A stretch of 64,000 nucleotides of DNA from Oscillibacter sp. (GTDB lineage: Bacteria > Bacillota > Clostridia > Oscillospirales > Oscillospiraceae): the NCBI RefSeq assembly GCF_028693505.1, contig NZ_JAQUVF010000011.1:832-64831 (forward strand). The letters run 5' to 3'. Shown piece after piece: positions 38,440 through 47,609 of this stretch (the first letter of the stretch is position 1; every line of letters begins with the position of its first letter). Made by a program: the position numbers and the translations under genes. The notes beneath the pieces were generated by a model. The model saw only the letters and a program-made list of their open reading frames with translations, made no database searches and had not been told where the DNA came from.

Positions 38440-39027
38440 TCAATTGAATTCGTTCATGGCCTTCTGGCAGCCGTCCGTCACAATGCGCTCTGCCGCTTCG
38501 ATGGCCCGGTCAAACGTTTCCGCCAGCGCCTTCCGCTCGCCCTGAGAGGGGACCCCGATGACCCAGTCGATCATGTCTCCTCCCTCGCCGGGGGCGCCGG
38601 TGCCGATCTTGATGCGGGGAAATTCCTGGGTTCCCAGATGGGCGATGATATTTTTAATGCCGTTATGACCGCCTGCGGAGCCGGAGGGCCGCACCCGGAG
38701 TTTTCCCACCGGCAGGGACACGTCGTCATAGATCACCAGCACGCGCCCGGCGGGAATTTTATAAAACTGCGCCGCCTCCCGCACCGCCTCGCCGGAGAGA
38801 TTCATATAGGTCTGGGGCTTCATCACAAGGCATTTTGCCCCGGCAAAATCCATCACATTATAAGCGGCCTTGAACTTCACCCGGTTGAGCTTCACGCCCT
38901 GCCGCTGCGCCAGCAGGTCTACGGTGAGAAAGCCCATGTTGTGGCGGGTATGCTCGTATTTCTCCCCCGGGTTTCCAAGGCCGACGATCAGCCAGTCCAC
39001 GGCGGAGGATTTGTTTCCAAGCAGCAT
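38440..39027 (-). CDS. pth: Peptidyl-tRNA hydrolase
   Basis: IVGLGNPG..TRHNMGF, KPQTYMNLSG, YDD and GGHNGIKNII motifs. Confidence 0.97.
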   Translation of the reverse strand: MLLGNKSSAVDWLIVGLGNPGEKYEHTRHNMGFLTVDLLAQRQGVKLNRVKFKAAYNVMDFAGAKCLVMKPQTYMNLSGEAVREAAQFYKIPAGRVLVIYDDVSLPVGKLRVRPSGSAGGHNGIKNIIAHLGTQEFPRIKIGTGAPGEGGDMIDWVIGVPSQGERKALAETFDRAIEAAERIVTDGCQKAMNEFN

Positions 39028-39056
39028 AGAACGCTCCTTTCGGACAAATGGCAGTG

Positions 39057-39288
39057 GAGCAAGGCGGGAAAGAAGTCTTTCCCGCCTTGCTCAGCGTGTC
39101 AAAAAAGTCTTTTCGACACGCTGTGCAAGTTTTTGAAACCCGCAAAAAGTTTCAAAAACTTATGATTGAAAACGAAAGACACCCTTCCTGGGTTTCTTTC
39201 GTAACTATCTTCCTTCCCGTTTCCCGGGATTTCAGGGTTTAATTGATAGCCTGAGCAAGGCGGGAAAGATTTCTTTCCCGCCTTGCTC
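39057..39288. mobile_element. 162-bp MITE-like element, copy C (39092-39253), flanked by a 36-bp duplicated palindrome
   Basis: GAGCAAGGCGGGAAAG-(AAGT/ATTT)-CTTTCCCGCCTTGCTC at 39057-39092 and 39253-39288; shares the core with copies A and B. Confidence 0.82.
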
Positions 39289-39340
39289 TTTTTGGGGTGC
39301 CGCATTGGCGTGCCGCACCGTTTTCTGCGCAGCGGAAAGC

Positions 39341-39696
39341 TTCCGCCTCCCCCGTCCGTCTCCGACGCGAAGGCGCGAAGCGTTTGCGTCGGAGACGTAG
39401 GAAGAACGTAGCGGTGTGAGGAATCGGCAACGCCGGTTCCGAATGAAGCGCAGTTTCTTCCGCGTCCCCCGTCCATCTCCGACGCAAAGGCGCGAAGCGT
39501 TTGCGTCGGAAGAGGAGGAAGAACGTAGCGGTGTGAGGAATCGGCAACGCCGGTTCCGAATGAAGCGCAGTTTCTTCCGCGTCCCCCGTCCATCTCCGAC
39601 GCAAAGGCGCGAAGCGTTTGCGTCGGAAGAGGAGGAAGAACGTAGCGGTGTGAGGAATCGGCAACGCCGGTTCCGAATGAAGCGCAGTTTCTTCCG
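39341..39696. repeat. Tandem array of three 117-bp palindrome-rich units (REP/BIME-like)
   Basis: Units start at 39341, 39458 and 39575. Units 2 and 3 appear identical; unit 1 has a few substitutions. No spacers. Confidence 0.92.
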
Positions 39697-39701
39697 ACGA
39701 C

Positions 39702-40661
39702 TCAGCGGAACAGTTTGGAAATGGAGACCTCCTGATAAATGCGCTCAATGGCCTCGCAGAACATGGGGGCAACAGAGAGATACTTGATCTTGCTGCTGCG
39801 GGAGGCGTCGATCTCCGGCACGGTGTTCAAAAGCGCCAGCTCCTGAATCACGCTGTCGTTGATGCGGTCGATGGCGGGGCCGGAGAGAACGCCGTGGGAT
39901 GCGCAGGCGTGGACGCTCTTGGCGCCGCCGACTTCGATCAGCGCCTTGGCGGCGTTGCACAAAGACCCGCCGGTATCCACCATATCGTCAAACAGGATGC
40001 AGTCCTTGCCGGCCACATCCCCGATGACGTTCATGACCTCGCAGCTGTTGGCCTTTTGACGGCGCTTGTCCACGATGGCCAGATTCATGTGCAGCTTCTG
40101 CGCGAAGGCGCGGGCGCGGGACACGGAGCCAACGTCGGGAGAAACCACCATCATATTCTCGCAGTCGGTGCCAAACTTCTTGGCGTAGTAATCCACGAAA
40201 ATGGGGTTGCCAGCCAGATTGTCCACAGGGATATCAAAGAAGCCCTGAATCTGGGAGGCATGCAGGTCCATGGTCAGCACGCGGTCGGCGCCGGCGGTGG
40301 TCAGCATATTGGCCACCATCTTGGCGGTGATGGGATCGCGGGCCTTGGCCTTGCGGTCCTGCCGGGCATAGCCGAAATAGGGGATGACTGCGGTGATGCG
40401 GCCTGCGGAGGCGCGCTTGAGCGCGTCGATCATGATGAGCAGCTCCATCAGATTGTTGTTGACGGGAGTGCTGGTGGACTGGATCACGAAAACATCACTG
40501 CCGCGGACCGTTTCGTACAAAGAGACAAAAATCTCGCCGTCAGAGAAAGTTCCGACTTCGGATTCACCCAGCTTTGTCCCCATGAGTTTGCAGACTTCCT
40601 CTGCCAGCTTCGGGTTCGCATTTCCGGAAAACACCTTAATATCCTTGCCGTGAGAAATCAT
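39702..40661 (-). CDS. prs: Ribose-phosphate pyrophosphokinase
   Basis: FSDGEI, PYFGYARQDRK, MDLHASQIQGFF, VSPDVG and DDMVDTGGS motifs. Confidence 0.97.
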   Translation of the reverse strand: MISHGKDIKVFSGNANPKLAEEVCKLMGTKLGESEVGTFSDGEIFVSLYETVRGSDVFVIQSTSTPVNNNLMELLIMIDALKRASAGRITAVIPYFGYARQDRKAKARDPITAKMVANMLTTAGADRVLTMDLHASQIQGFFDIPVDNLAGNPIFVDYYAKKFGTDCENMMVVSPDVGSVSRARAFAQKLHMNLAIVDKRRQKANSCEVMNVIGDVAGKDCILFDDMVDTGGSLCNAAKALIEVGGAKSVHACASHGVLSGPAIDRINDSVIQELALLNTVPEIDASRSSKIKYLSVAPMFCEAIERIYQEVSISKLFR

Positions 40662-40741
40662 TGGAAAACGCCCTCTTTCTATATTCTATCATTCTATATT
40701 CTATCATTTTCTAAAACAACGAAATAAACGGAAGGTACGGT

Positions 40742-41869
40742 TCACTGCTCTTTGCCGTGGAGCCGTCTGCGGCGCGCGGCCCATCCCTCCAGATTTTTCT
40801 GTCTGGTCCGTGCCACGGCCAGCGCGTCGGCCGGCACTTCCTCCGTAATGGTGCTGCCAGCGGCGATGTACGCGCCCTGCCCCACCTTGACCGGTGCGAT
40901 CAGGTTCGTATTGCAGCCGATAAACGCGCCGTCCTCAATGGTACAGCGGTGCTTTTGAAATCCGTCGTAATTGGTGGTGATGGTGCCGCAGCCGAAATTG
41001 ACGTTGCTGCCCACATCGGAATCCCCCACATACGTAAGGTGAGACATCTTGGTCCCCTCGCCCAGCGTGCAGTTTTTCAGCTGGACAAACGCTCCCACGT
41101 GGCACCGCGGCCCCACGGTGCAGTTGGGGCGGACATGGGCGTAAGGCCCCACGTCGCACCCATCTCCAAAGGTGCTCCCGTAAACCTGAGAGGCGTTGAT
41201 CTCCACGTCGTCTCCCACCGTGCAGCCGTCCACCACGGCGTTGGGGCCAAGGGTGCAGCCCCGGCCGATGTGCGTCTCGCCCCGCAAAATGGTTCCGGGC
41301 AGGATGGCGGTCCCCCGGTCGATGGTGACCCGGGGGTCAATATAGACGCTGGCAGGGTCCAGAATCCGGACGCCGCCGCGCAGATGCTCTTTGACAACGC
41401 GCTCCCGGAGCAGCGGCTCCAGCTCGGCAATGGTCTCCAGCGAGAAAACCGGCAGCCAACCGGGAACCAGCTCCGCCGCGGCCACCTGATTGGTCATTCG
41501 TTCCTTCCAGCTCTCCTGCAGCTCATAGCCGGGCGCCGCGTAAGCAAACCCCGCTCCCGCCTCCGCCATGGGCAGCGCCGCTCTGGGCAATACCAGTACC
41601 GGGTCCGGACTGTTCAAAAATGCCGTAAGATCCTTTTGCTGCTCGGATACCGTCACATCCGCCTCCGGCGGGAAGCAGTTTTTTGCCTCGGTTGCAAAGC
41701 GGGGACCGCAGACAACAAAAAACCGCTGCACACCGTCAGCCAGCAGTTTCCTGCTCACCCACGTTAAAAGCGGGCAGAAAAGAGCGGTCTCCAGCATAAG
41801 CGGTTTGGAATCTTCCGGGACGGAGGCGTCTTCTTCCAGAAAGAACAAAGCGTTCTTCGGACAACTCAT
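40742..41869 (-). CDS. glmU: GlmU-like protein: intact LbH acetyltransferase domain, degenerate N-terminal uridyltransferase domain
   Basis: C-terminal VGPYAHVRP, SHLTYVGD, NFGCGTITTNYDG and AAGSTIT motifs. The N-terminus lacks LAAGxGTRM and PK. Confidence 0.85.
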   Translation of the reverse strand: MSCPKNALFFLEEDASVPEDSKPLMLETALFCPLLTWVSRKLLADGVQRFFVVCGPRFATEAKNCFPPEADVTVSEQQKDLTAFLNSPDPVLVLPRAALPMAEAGAGFAYAAPGYELQESWKERMTNQVAAAELVPGWLPVFSLETIAELEPLLRERVVKEHLRGGVRILDPASVYIDPRVTIDRGTAILPGTILRGETHIGRGCTLGPNAVVDGCTVGDDVEINASQVYGSTFGDGCDVGPYAHVRPNCTVGPRCHVGAFVQLKNCTLGEGTKMSHLTYVGDSDVGSNVNFGCGTITTNYDGFQKHRCTIEDGAFIGCNTNLIAPVKVGQGAYIAAGSTITEEVPADALAVARTRQKNLEGWAARRRRLHGKEQ

Positions 41870-42226
41870 GGTGCGCTCCTCCTCTGATTATTTTATCGTC
41901 AGGGCAGGGCTATCCCCCTGCCTTGGCGCGTCACGCGCAGCTTTATTATATCAAACTTTTACAGGAAATCCAGTGTTTCCGGCGAATTTATTGGAGAAAT
42001 TTCTCCCAAATCTTTTTTTAATTCCCGTCTTTTTTTGTCGGAGGCAACGGAATTTTCTTCTTTCCCTTCGCATTCCCTTTTTTCTCTCCGGATTTTGCCG
42101 CCACCGGGCGGCAATCATTGCTCTTTTCTGCAAAATTTCATTTTCTTTCCCATATTGTAGTTGAATTTGTACACGTAAAAGATTACAATATCACTTGCTT
42201 ACAGAAAAGTGGAGGTTTCGTCTTTT

Positions 42227-42718
42227 ATGCTGAATGTGGTTTTGGTAGAGCCGGAGATTCCGCAAAATTGCGGCAACATTGCCCGCACCTGCGCGGCCAC
42301 GGGCAGTCGGCTCCATCTGGTCCGCCCGCTGGGCTTTGACATTTCGGACAGGGCCGTCAAGCGCGCGGGTCTGGACTATTGGCATCTGGTGGAGGTTTTC
42401 GATTACGAAAACCTCGACGCGCTTTTTCAGCGGCATCCGGAAGCCGCCGCGGGCGCCTGGCTTACCACCACCAAGGCGCCCCGTTCCTATCAGGAGGCTG
42501 ACTTTTGCGCGGACAGCTGGCTTTTCTTCGGGAAAGAGACCGCAGGACTGCCCCTCGCCTTCCGGGAAAAATTCCGCGACCGCTGCATCCGCCTTCCCAT
42601 GCGTCCCGACGCCCGCAGCCTGAATCTCAGCAACACCGTGGCTGTGTGCGTTTACGAAGCGCTGCGGCAAGCTGGTTTCCCGGGCCTTCAGGACGCCGGT
42701 GAGATGGCGCAGGGCTGA
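42227..42718 (+). CDS. trmL: tRNA (cytidine/uridine-34 2'-O)-methyltransferase, SPOUT
   Basis: [29 protein letters not shown] and RSLNLSN motifs. Confidence 0.94.
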   Translation: MLNVVLVEPEIPQNCGNIARTCAATGSRLHLVRPLGFDISDRAVKRAGLDYWHLVEVFDYENLDALFQRHPEAAAGAWLTTTKAPRSYQEADFCADSWLFFGKETAGLPLAFREKFRDRCIRLPMRPDARSLNLSNTVAVCVYEALRQAGFPGLQDAGEMAQG

Positions 42719-42801
42719 ATTTCCTGCAAAGTGCCGATACTATTTTAGGAACCCCGGCGCAGCCGCGCCGCAAACTATACCAAATCAAGGAGGACTTCCT
42801 C

Positions 42802-43995
42802 ATGAATTACAGGAAAAAGACCGTACGGGACGTGGACGTCAATGGCAAAAAGGTCCTACTGCGCTGTGACTTCAATGTGCCCCAGGACAAGGAGACCGGC
42901 GAGATCACCAGCGACAAGCGCATTGTGGCCGCACTGCCGACAATCCAGTATCTGCTGGACCAGCACGCCGCCGTCATCGCCTGTTCCCATCTGGGCAAGC
43001 CCAAAAACGGGCCGGACCCCAAGCTGAGCCTCGCCCCTGTGGCCCAGCGCCTGGGGGAGCTTTTGGGCAAGAGCGTGCTCTTCGCCCGCGACGTGGTAGG
43101 CGAGGACGCACAGGCCAAGGCCGCCGCCTTGCAGCCCGGCGAACTCCTTCTGCTGGAGAACACCCGCTTTGAAAAGGGCGAGACGAAAAACGACCCCGAG
43201 CTGGCAAAGGCCATGGCCTCCATGGCGGACGTGTACGTGTCCGACGCTTTTGGCGCGGTCCACCGGGCCCACGCCTCCACCGCCGGCGTCGCGGCGTATC
43301 TGCCCGCCGTCTCCGGCTTCCTGATTCAAAAGGAGCTGGAGGTTCTGGGCAGCGCCATTTCCAGCCCCAAGCGGCCGCTGGTGGCCATCCTTGGCGGCAG
43401 CAAGGTGTCCGGCAAGATTGGCGTCATCAACAACCTGCTGGAAATTGCGGACACCATTATCATCGGCGGCGGCATGGCCTATACCTTCTCCGCCGCTCAG
43501 GGCGGGAAGATTGGCGACAGCCTGCTGGAGGCCGACTGGATGGAGTACTCCCGGGAGATGGTGGAAAAAGCCGCCGCAAAGGGCGTGAAGCTTTTGCTGC
43601 CGGTGGACACCGTCTGCGCCGACGCCTTCGCCCCCGACGCCAAGTCGCAGGTGGTCAAGGCCGGGGAGATTCCCGACGGCTGGCAGGGTCTGGACATCGG
43701 ACCGGAGACTGTCAAGCTTTACTGCGCGGCGGTGGCTGACGCCGGTACCGTGATCTGGAACGGACCCATGGGCGTTTTTGAATTTCCCGCCTTTGCCAGA
43801 GGTACGGAAGCCATGGCCAAGGCCCTGAGTGAAACAGACGCCATCACCATCATTGGCGGCGGCGACAGCGCAGCCGCCGTGGAGCAGCTGGGCTACGCCG
43901 ACAAAATGACGCACATCTCCACCGGCGGCGGCGCCTCTCTGGAATTTCTGGAGGGCAAGGAGCTGCCGGGCGTGGCTTGTCTGCTGGACCGGTAA
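42802..43995 (+). CDS. pgk: Phosphoglycerate kinase
   Basis: [32 protein letters not shown] and [13 protein letters not shown] motifs. Confidence 0.97.
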   Translation: MNYRKKTVRDVDVNGKKVLLRCDFNVPQDKETGEITSDKRIVAALPTIQYLLDQHAAVIACSHLGKPKNGPDPKLSLAPVAQRLGELLGKSVLFARDVVGEDAQAKAAALQPGELLLLENTRFEKGETKNDPELAKAMASMADVYVSDAFGAVHRAHASTAGVAAYLPAVSGFLIQKELEVLGSAISSPKRPLVAILGGSKVSGKIGVINNLLEIADTIIIGGGMAYTFSAAQGGKIGDSLLEADWMEYSREMVEKAAAKGVKLLLPVDTVCADAFAPDAKSQVVKAGEIPDGWQGLDIGPETVKLYCAAVADAGTVIWNGPMGVFEFPAFARGTEAMAKALSETDAITIIGGGDSAAAVEQLGYADKMTHISTGGGASLEFLEGKELPGVACLLDR

Positions 43996-44107
43996 ACGGC
44001 CCGCCGGACATCTGACAGGCGGAAACAGAGCACGGGGGAACTGGTGGTTCCCCCTCCTCTTTCCGGTTATAAAATCTCCATATTTTTTGGAAAACGCCGG
44101 GAAATGC

Positions 44108-44136
44108 TTGACAAATTCGGCGGTTTTCGTTATAAG
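44108..44136 (+). promoter_or_regulatory. SigA promoter upstream of tpiA-gpmI
   Basis: TTGACA-17 bp-TATAAG. Confidence 0.7.
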
Positions 44137-44253
44137 TTAATAGGTTTCCACGTCCGCTCTTTCAGCGGCCGTCGTTTTTTCCTCTACACAGATTTTTTTG
44201 CGGTCAGCGGTGCTGAGCGCGTGATTTTCAAACAATAAAGGAGCATGAAGAAC

Positions 44254-45027
44254 ATGAACCGCAGATATCGCAAAACCGTCATTGCCGGCAACTGGAAAAT
44301 GAACATGACCGCCACCGAGACCAAGAAGTTTGCCGAGGAGCTGAAAAAGATCCTGCCCCGCGCCAAATGGTGCGAGACGCTGATCTGCGTGCCCTCCTGC
44401 AACCTCTCCGTGGCTGCCAAGGCCTTTAAGGACCTGCGCATCTCCGTGGGCGCCGAAAATGTATATTTTGAAGAAAAGGGCGCCTACACCGGCGAGATCT
44501 CCGCGGAGATGCTCAAGGATCTGGGCGTAAAATACGTCATCGTGGGCCACAGCGAGCGCCGTCAGTACTTCTGCGAAACGGACGCCACCGTCAATAAGAA
44601 GGTCCACGCCGTGCTGGGCGCGGGCATGAGCCCCATCATCTGCGTGGGTGAGAGCCTTGCCCAGCGGGAATCCGGCGTCACGGAAGAGTGGATTGCGCTG
44701 CAGGTAAAGAGCGCGCTGTGCGGCGTTCCCGCCGACAAGCTGCGCCGCTGCATCGTCGCTTACGAGCCCATTTGGGCCATCGGCACCGGCAAGACCGCCA
44801 CCGCCGAGCAGGCCGGCGAGGTCTGCGGCGGCATCCGCGCCACGATCCGCAGCCTGTACGGCGCCCGCGTCGCCCGCTCCGTCACCATCCAGTACGGCGG
44901 GTCCATGAATGCCAAGAACGCCGCAGAGCTGCTCGCTCAGCCCGATATCGACGGCGGCTTGATCGGCGGGGCCGCCCTGAAGCCGGACCAGTTCGTGGAG
45001 ATCATCAACGCCGCGAATCAGGACTGA
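44254..45027 (+). CDS. tpiA: Triosephosphate isomerase
   Basis: AGNWKMN, GHSERR, AYEPIWAIGTG and YGGS motifs. Second ATG chosen on RBS spacing. Confidence 0.96.
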   Translation: MNRRYRKTVIAGNWKMNMTATETKKFAEELKKILPRAKWCETLICVPSCNLSVAAKAFKDLRISVGAENVYFEEKGAYTGEISAEMLKDLGVKYVIVGHSERRQYFCETDATVNKKVHAVLGAGMSPIICVGESLAQRESGVTEEWIALQVKSALCGVPADKLRRCIVAYEPIWAIGTGKTATAEQAGEVCGGIRATIRSLYGARVARSVTIQYGGSMNAKNAAELLAQPDIDGGLIGGAALKPDQFVEIINAANQD

Positions 45028-45148
45028 CGGCGCTTTCCGCGCCCCGGCAAAGAGTCTTTCCTTTGCAAGCTCCTTTCCATCTTTTCGGACGGTGGAGACC
45101 GTCTGCTTTTGTCCGGCTTCGGCCAGTGAAATGAGGAATTTAATTCAT

Positions 45149-46663
45149 ATGAATAAAACACCAACTACCTTGATCATCATGGATGGTTTCGGCATGACGG
45201 ACGGCGTCTCCGGCAATGCCATCCGCGCTGCGAAAACGCCCCGGCTGGACCAGTTCTTTCAGGAATTTGCCCACACGGAGCTGTCCGCTTCCGGTCTGGA
45301 CGTGGGTCTGCCGGCAGGTCAAATGGGCAACAGCGAGGTCGGGCACACCAACATCGGCGCCGGCAGGGTAGTCTTTCAGGATCTTCCCCGCATCACGAAA
45401 TCCATTGCCGACGGGGACTTTTTCCAGAATCCCGCCTATCTTCACGCCATGGACGCCTGCGCGGAAAAGGGCGCCGCCCTTCATTTGATGGGCCTTTTGT
45501 CCGACGGCGGCGTGCACTCCCACTTAGAGCATCTGTTTGCTCTTTTGAAGCTGGCCCGGAGCAAGGGACTGGAAAAAGTCTATATTCACGCGTTTCTCGA
45601 TGGGCGGGACGTCTCTCCCACCTCCGGCGCTGATTTTGTGGCCCGCACCGTGGAAAAGTGCCGGGAAGTGGGCGTTGGCAAAATTGCCACCGTCATGGGC
45701 AGATACTACGCCATGGACCGCGACAAGCGCTGGGACCGGGTGGAGGAAGCATACGACGCCATGGTTTACGGCGAAGGCGCGTCCTTCAATCCCCTGCCCG
45801 TCGCCGCCGTGAAAAGCTCTTACGCCGCCGGAATTACCGACGAATTTATGGAGCCCGTGGTGTGCGACGCCGACGGCACCATTTCCGACAATGACAGCGT
45901 GATCTTTTTCAACTTCCGGCCGGACCGCGCCCGGGAAATCACCCGGACCCTGGTGGACCCGGCCTTTGACGGCTTTACCCGCCAATATTTCCCCGTCACG
46001 TTTGTGTGCAACACGGAGTACGACGCCACGATGCCCAATGTGGAGGTGGCCTTCCCCCGCACCGGCGTGCGCAACGGACTGGGCGAATATCTCAGCCAGA
46101 TGGGTCTTTCCCAGCTGCGCATCGCGGAGACGGAAAAGTACGCCCACGTCACCTTCTTTTTCAACGGCGGCAGCGAGACCGTGTTCCCCGGCGAGGACCG
46201 GGTGCTCGTCGCCTCTCCCCGGGTGGCGACCTATGATCTCCAGCCGGAAATGAGCGCGCTGGAAGTGACGGACAAGTGCGTCGAGCGCATCGAATCCGGC
46301 GCCTACGACGTCATCATTCTGAATTTTGCCAACTGCGACATGGTGGGCCACACCGGCATGCTTGAGGCCGCCGTGAAAGCCGTTGAGACCGTGGACGCCT
46401 GCGTTGGCCGGGTGGTGGACGCCACCTTGAAGATGGGCGGCATCGCCATGATCACCGCCGACCACGGCAACGCCGAGCAGATGGCGGAGCCGGACGGCAG
46501 TCTCATGACCGCCCACACCACCAATCCGGTCCCCTTCATTCTCTGCGGCGCGGGAACGGAGCTGCGCCGGGGCCGTCTTGCGGACATCGCCCCCACCATT
46601 CTGGATGTGATGGGCCTTGCGTGCCCCCCGGAAATGGACGGAAAAACGCTGATCGTCAAATAA
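45149..46663 (+). CDS. gpmI: 2,3-bisphosphoglycerate-independent phosphoglycerate mutase
   Basis: MDGFG, QMGNSEVGH, GRYYAMDRD, AETEKYAHVTFF, NCDMVGH and TADHGNAE motifs. Confidence 0.97.
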   Translation: MNKTPTTLIIMDGFGMTDGVSGNAIRAAKTPRLDQFFQEFAHTELSASGLDVGLPAGQMGNSEVGHTNIGAGRVVFQDLPRITKSIADGDFFQNPAYLHAMDACAEKGAALHLMGLLSDGGVHSHLEHLFALLKLARSKGLEKVYIHAFLDGRDVSPTSGADFVARTVEKCREVGVGKIATVMGRYYAMDRDKRWDRVEEAYDAMVYGEGASFNPLPVAAVKSSYAAGITDEFMEPVVCDADGTISDNDSVIFFNFRPDRAREITRTLVDPAFDGFTRQYFPVTFVCNTEYDATMPNVEVAFPRTGVRNGLGEYLSQMGLSQLRIAETEKYAHVTFFFNGGSETVFPGEDRVLVASPRVATYDLQPEMSALEVTDKCVERIESGAYDVIILNFANCDMVGHTGMLEAAVKAVETVDACVGRVVDATLKMGGIAMITADHGNAEQMAEPDGSLMTAHTTNPVPFILCGAGTELRRGRLADIAPTILDVMGLACPPEMDGKTLIVK

Positions 46664-46736
46664 TTTTTTGGCAGACTCTTTTTAAAAGCAATGAAAGCGG
46701 CGCCCTCTGGGCGTCGCTTTTCCGTTTTTCCATCAT

Positions 46737-46765
46737 GTATGAATTTTTGAAATTTTGTCCATACT
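46737..46765 (+). promoter_or_regulatory. Putative forespore (SigG/SigF-type) promoter
   Basis: GTATG-18 bp-CATACT upstream of the M23/SpoIIQ-like gene. Confidence 0.5.
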
Positions 46766-46850
46766 TTCCTCAAACCTATGGAAGCTCTGACGGAATCAAC
46801 GTGTGCGATGATCGAATCAGAGGTTCCCTATAAACGAGGGAGGAACCTGC

Positions 46851-47549
46851 ATGAAAAATAAACTGAAAACCCTGTTGGGAAACGGCGGCTTTTATGCCGC
46901 ACTGGTCGCCTGTGTGCTGGCGGTGGGCATTGGCGGATACTACCTGCTGCTGGACCGGGACGGGACGAATCCGGCATCGGAGATCCCGACGCAGGCCGAA
47001 GTGACCGCGCCGGCCCCGGAGCTGCAAGAGACGGAGGAGCCCGCCGTGGTGGAGACCATTCAGCCCACGCCGGTGGCAGAGGAACCGCCCTCCATGCCGG
47101 AGGAGGAGATTGACAGCACACCGGTGGTGGCGGAAGCGCCCCGGCTGATTGTCTCGCCGCTCAAAGGCGACGTTCTCACCGCGTTTTCCGTGGACCAGCT
47201 GGTTTACAGCGAAACCCTGAACGACTGGCGGACCCATGACGGGCTGGACATCTCCGCCAGGGCCGGCACCACCGTTCTGGCCGCCTGCTCCGGCACCGTC
47301 TCCGGCATCACGGACGACGCGCTGATGGGCACCACCGTGGTCATCGACCACGCCGGCGGCTATCAAACCACCTACGCAAGCTTGCAGACAACGCCCAATG
47401 TGGAAGTGGGCGACGCCGTATCCGCGGGACAGATTGTCGGTGCCGTGGGCACCACCGCCGCCGCGGAGTCCGCCCAGGGACCTCACCTGCATTTCTCCGT
47501 CACCAAGGACGGAGACGCCGTGGACCCGGATGAATTTTTAAAGCGTTGA
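46851..47549 (+). CDS. M23 family peptidase-like membrane protein (SpoIIQ-like)
   Basis: N-terminal TM helix, low-complexity linker, WRTHDGLD and PHLHF LytM motifs. Confidence 0.85.
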   Translation: MKNKLKTLLGNGGFYAALVACVLAVGIGGYYLLLDRDGTNPASEIPTQAEVTAPAPELQETEEPAVVETIQPTPVAEEPPSMPEEEIDSTPVVAEAPRLIVSPLKGDVLTAFSVDQLVYSETLNDWRTHDGLDISARAGTTVLAACSGTVSGITDDALMGTTVVIDHAGGYQTTYASLQTTPNVEVGDAVSAGQIVGAVGTTAAAESAQGPHLHFSVTKDGDAVDPDEFLKR

Positions 47550-47553
47550 ATGC

Positions 47554-47591
47554 AAAAAGCACCGCCCGCTGAAAACGGGCGGTGCTTTTTT
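47554..47591. terminator. Bidirectional intrinsic terminator
   Basis: AAAAAGCACCGCCCG-ctgaaaa-CGGGCGGTGCTTTTT. Confidence 0.85.
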
Positions 47592-47609
47592 GTACAGTTG
47601 CGCTTTCCT

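Noticed and set aside
39341-39696. CRISPR array interpretation of the tandem repeat
   Set aside because: Units are contiguous and 117 bp long with no unique spacers, and no cas genes are present.
39099-39787. ORFs 39099-39593, 39239-39772 and 39416-39787, and ORFs over other element copies (9743-10285, 33277-33648, 33307-33564)
   Set aside because: They are translations of repeat DNA; the 117-bp period keeps frames open. The recurring peptides (ERNPGRVSFVFN, ENERHPSWVSF) reflect the shared nucleotide core.
41951-42133. 60-aa basic ORF upstream of glmU
   Set aside because: It derives from a purine-rich promoter region, has no RBS, and ends across the glmU extended -10 element (TGATATAAT).
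46664-46678. TTTTTTGGCAGACTC resembling the element's other end (TGGCAGACTG)
   Set aside because: Only about 9 bp match; too short to separate from chance.
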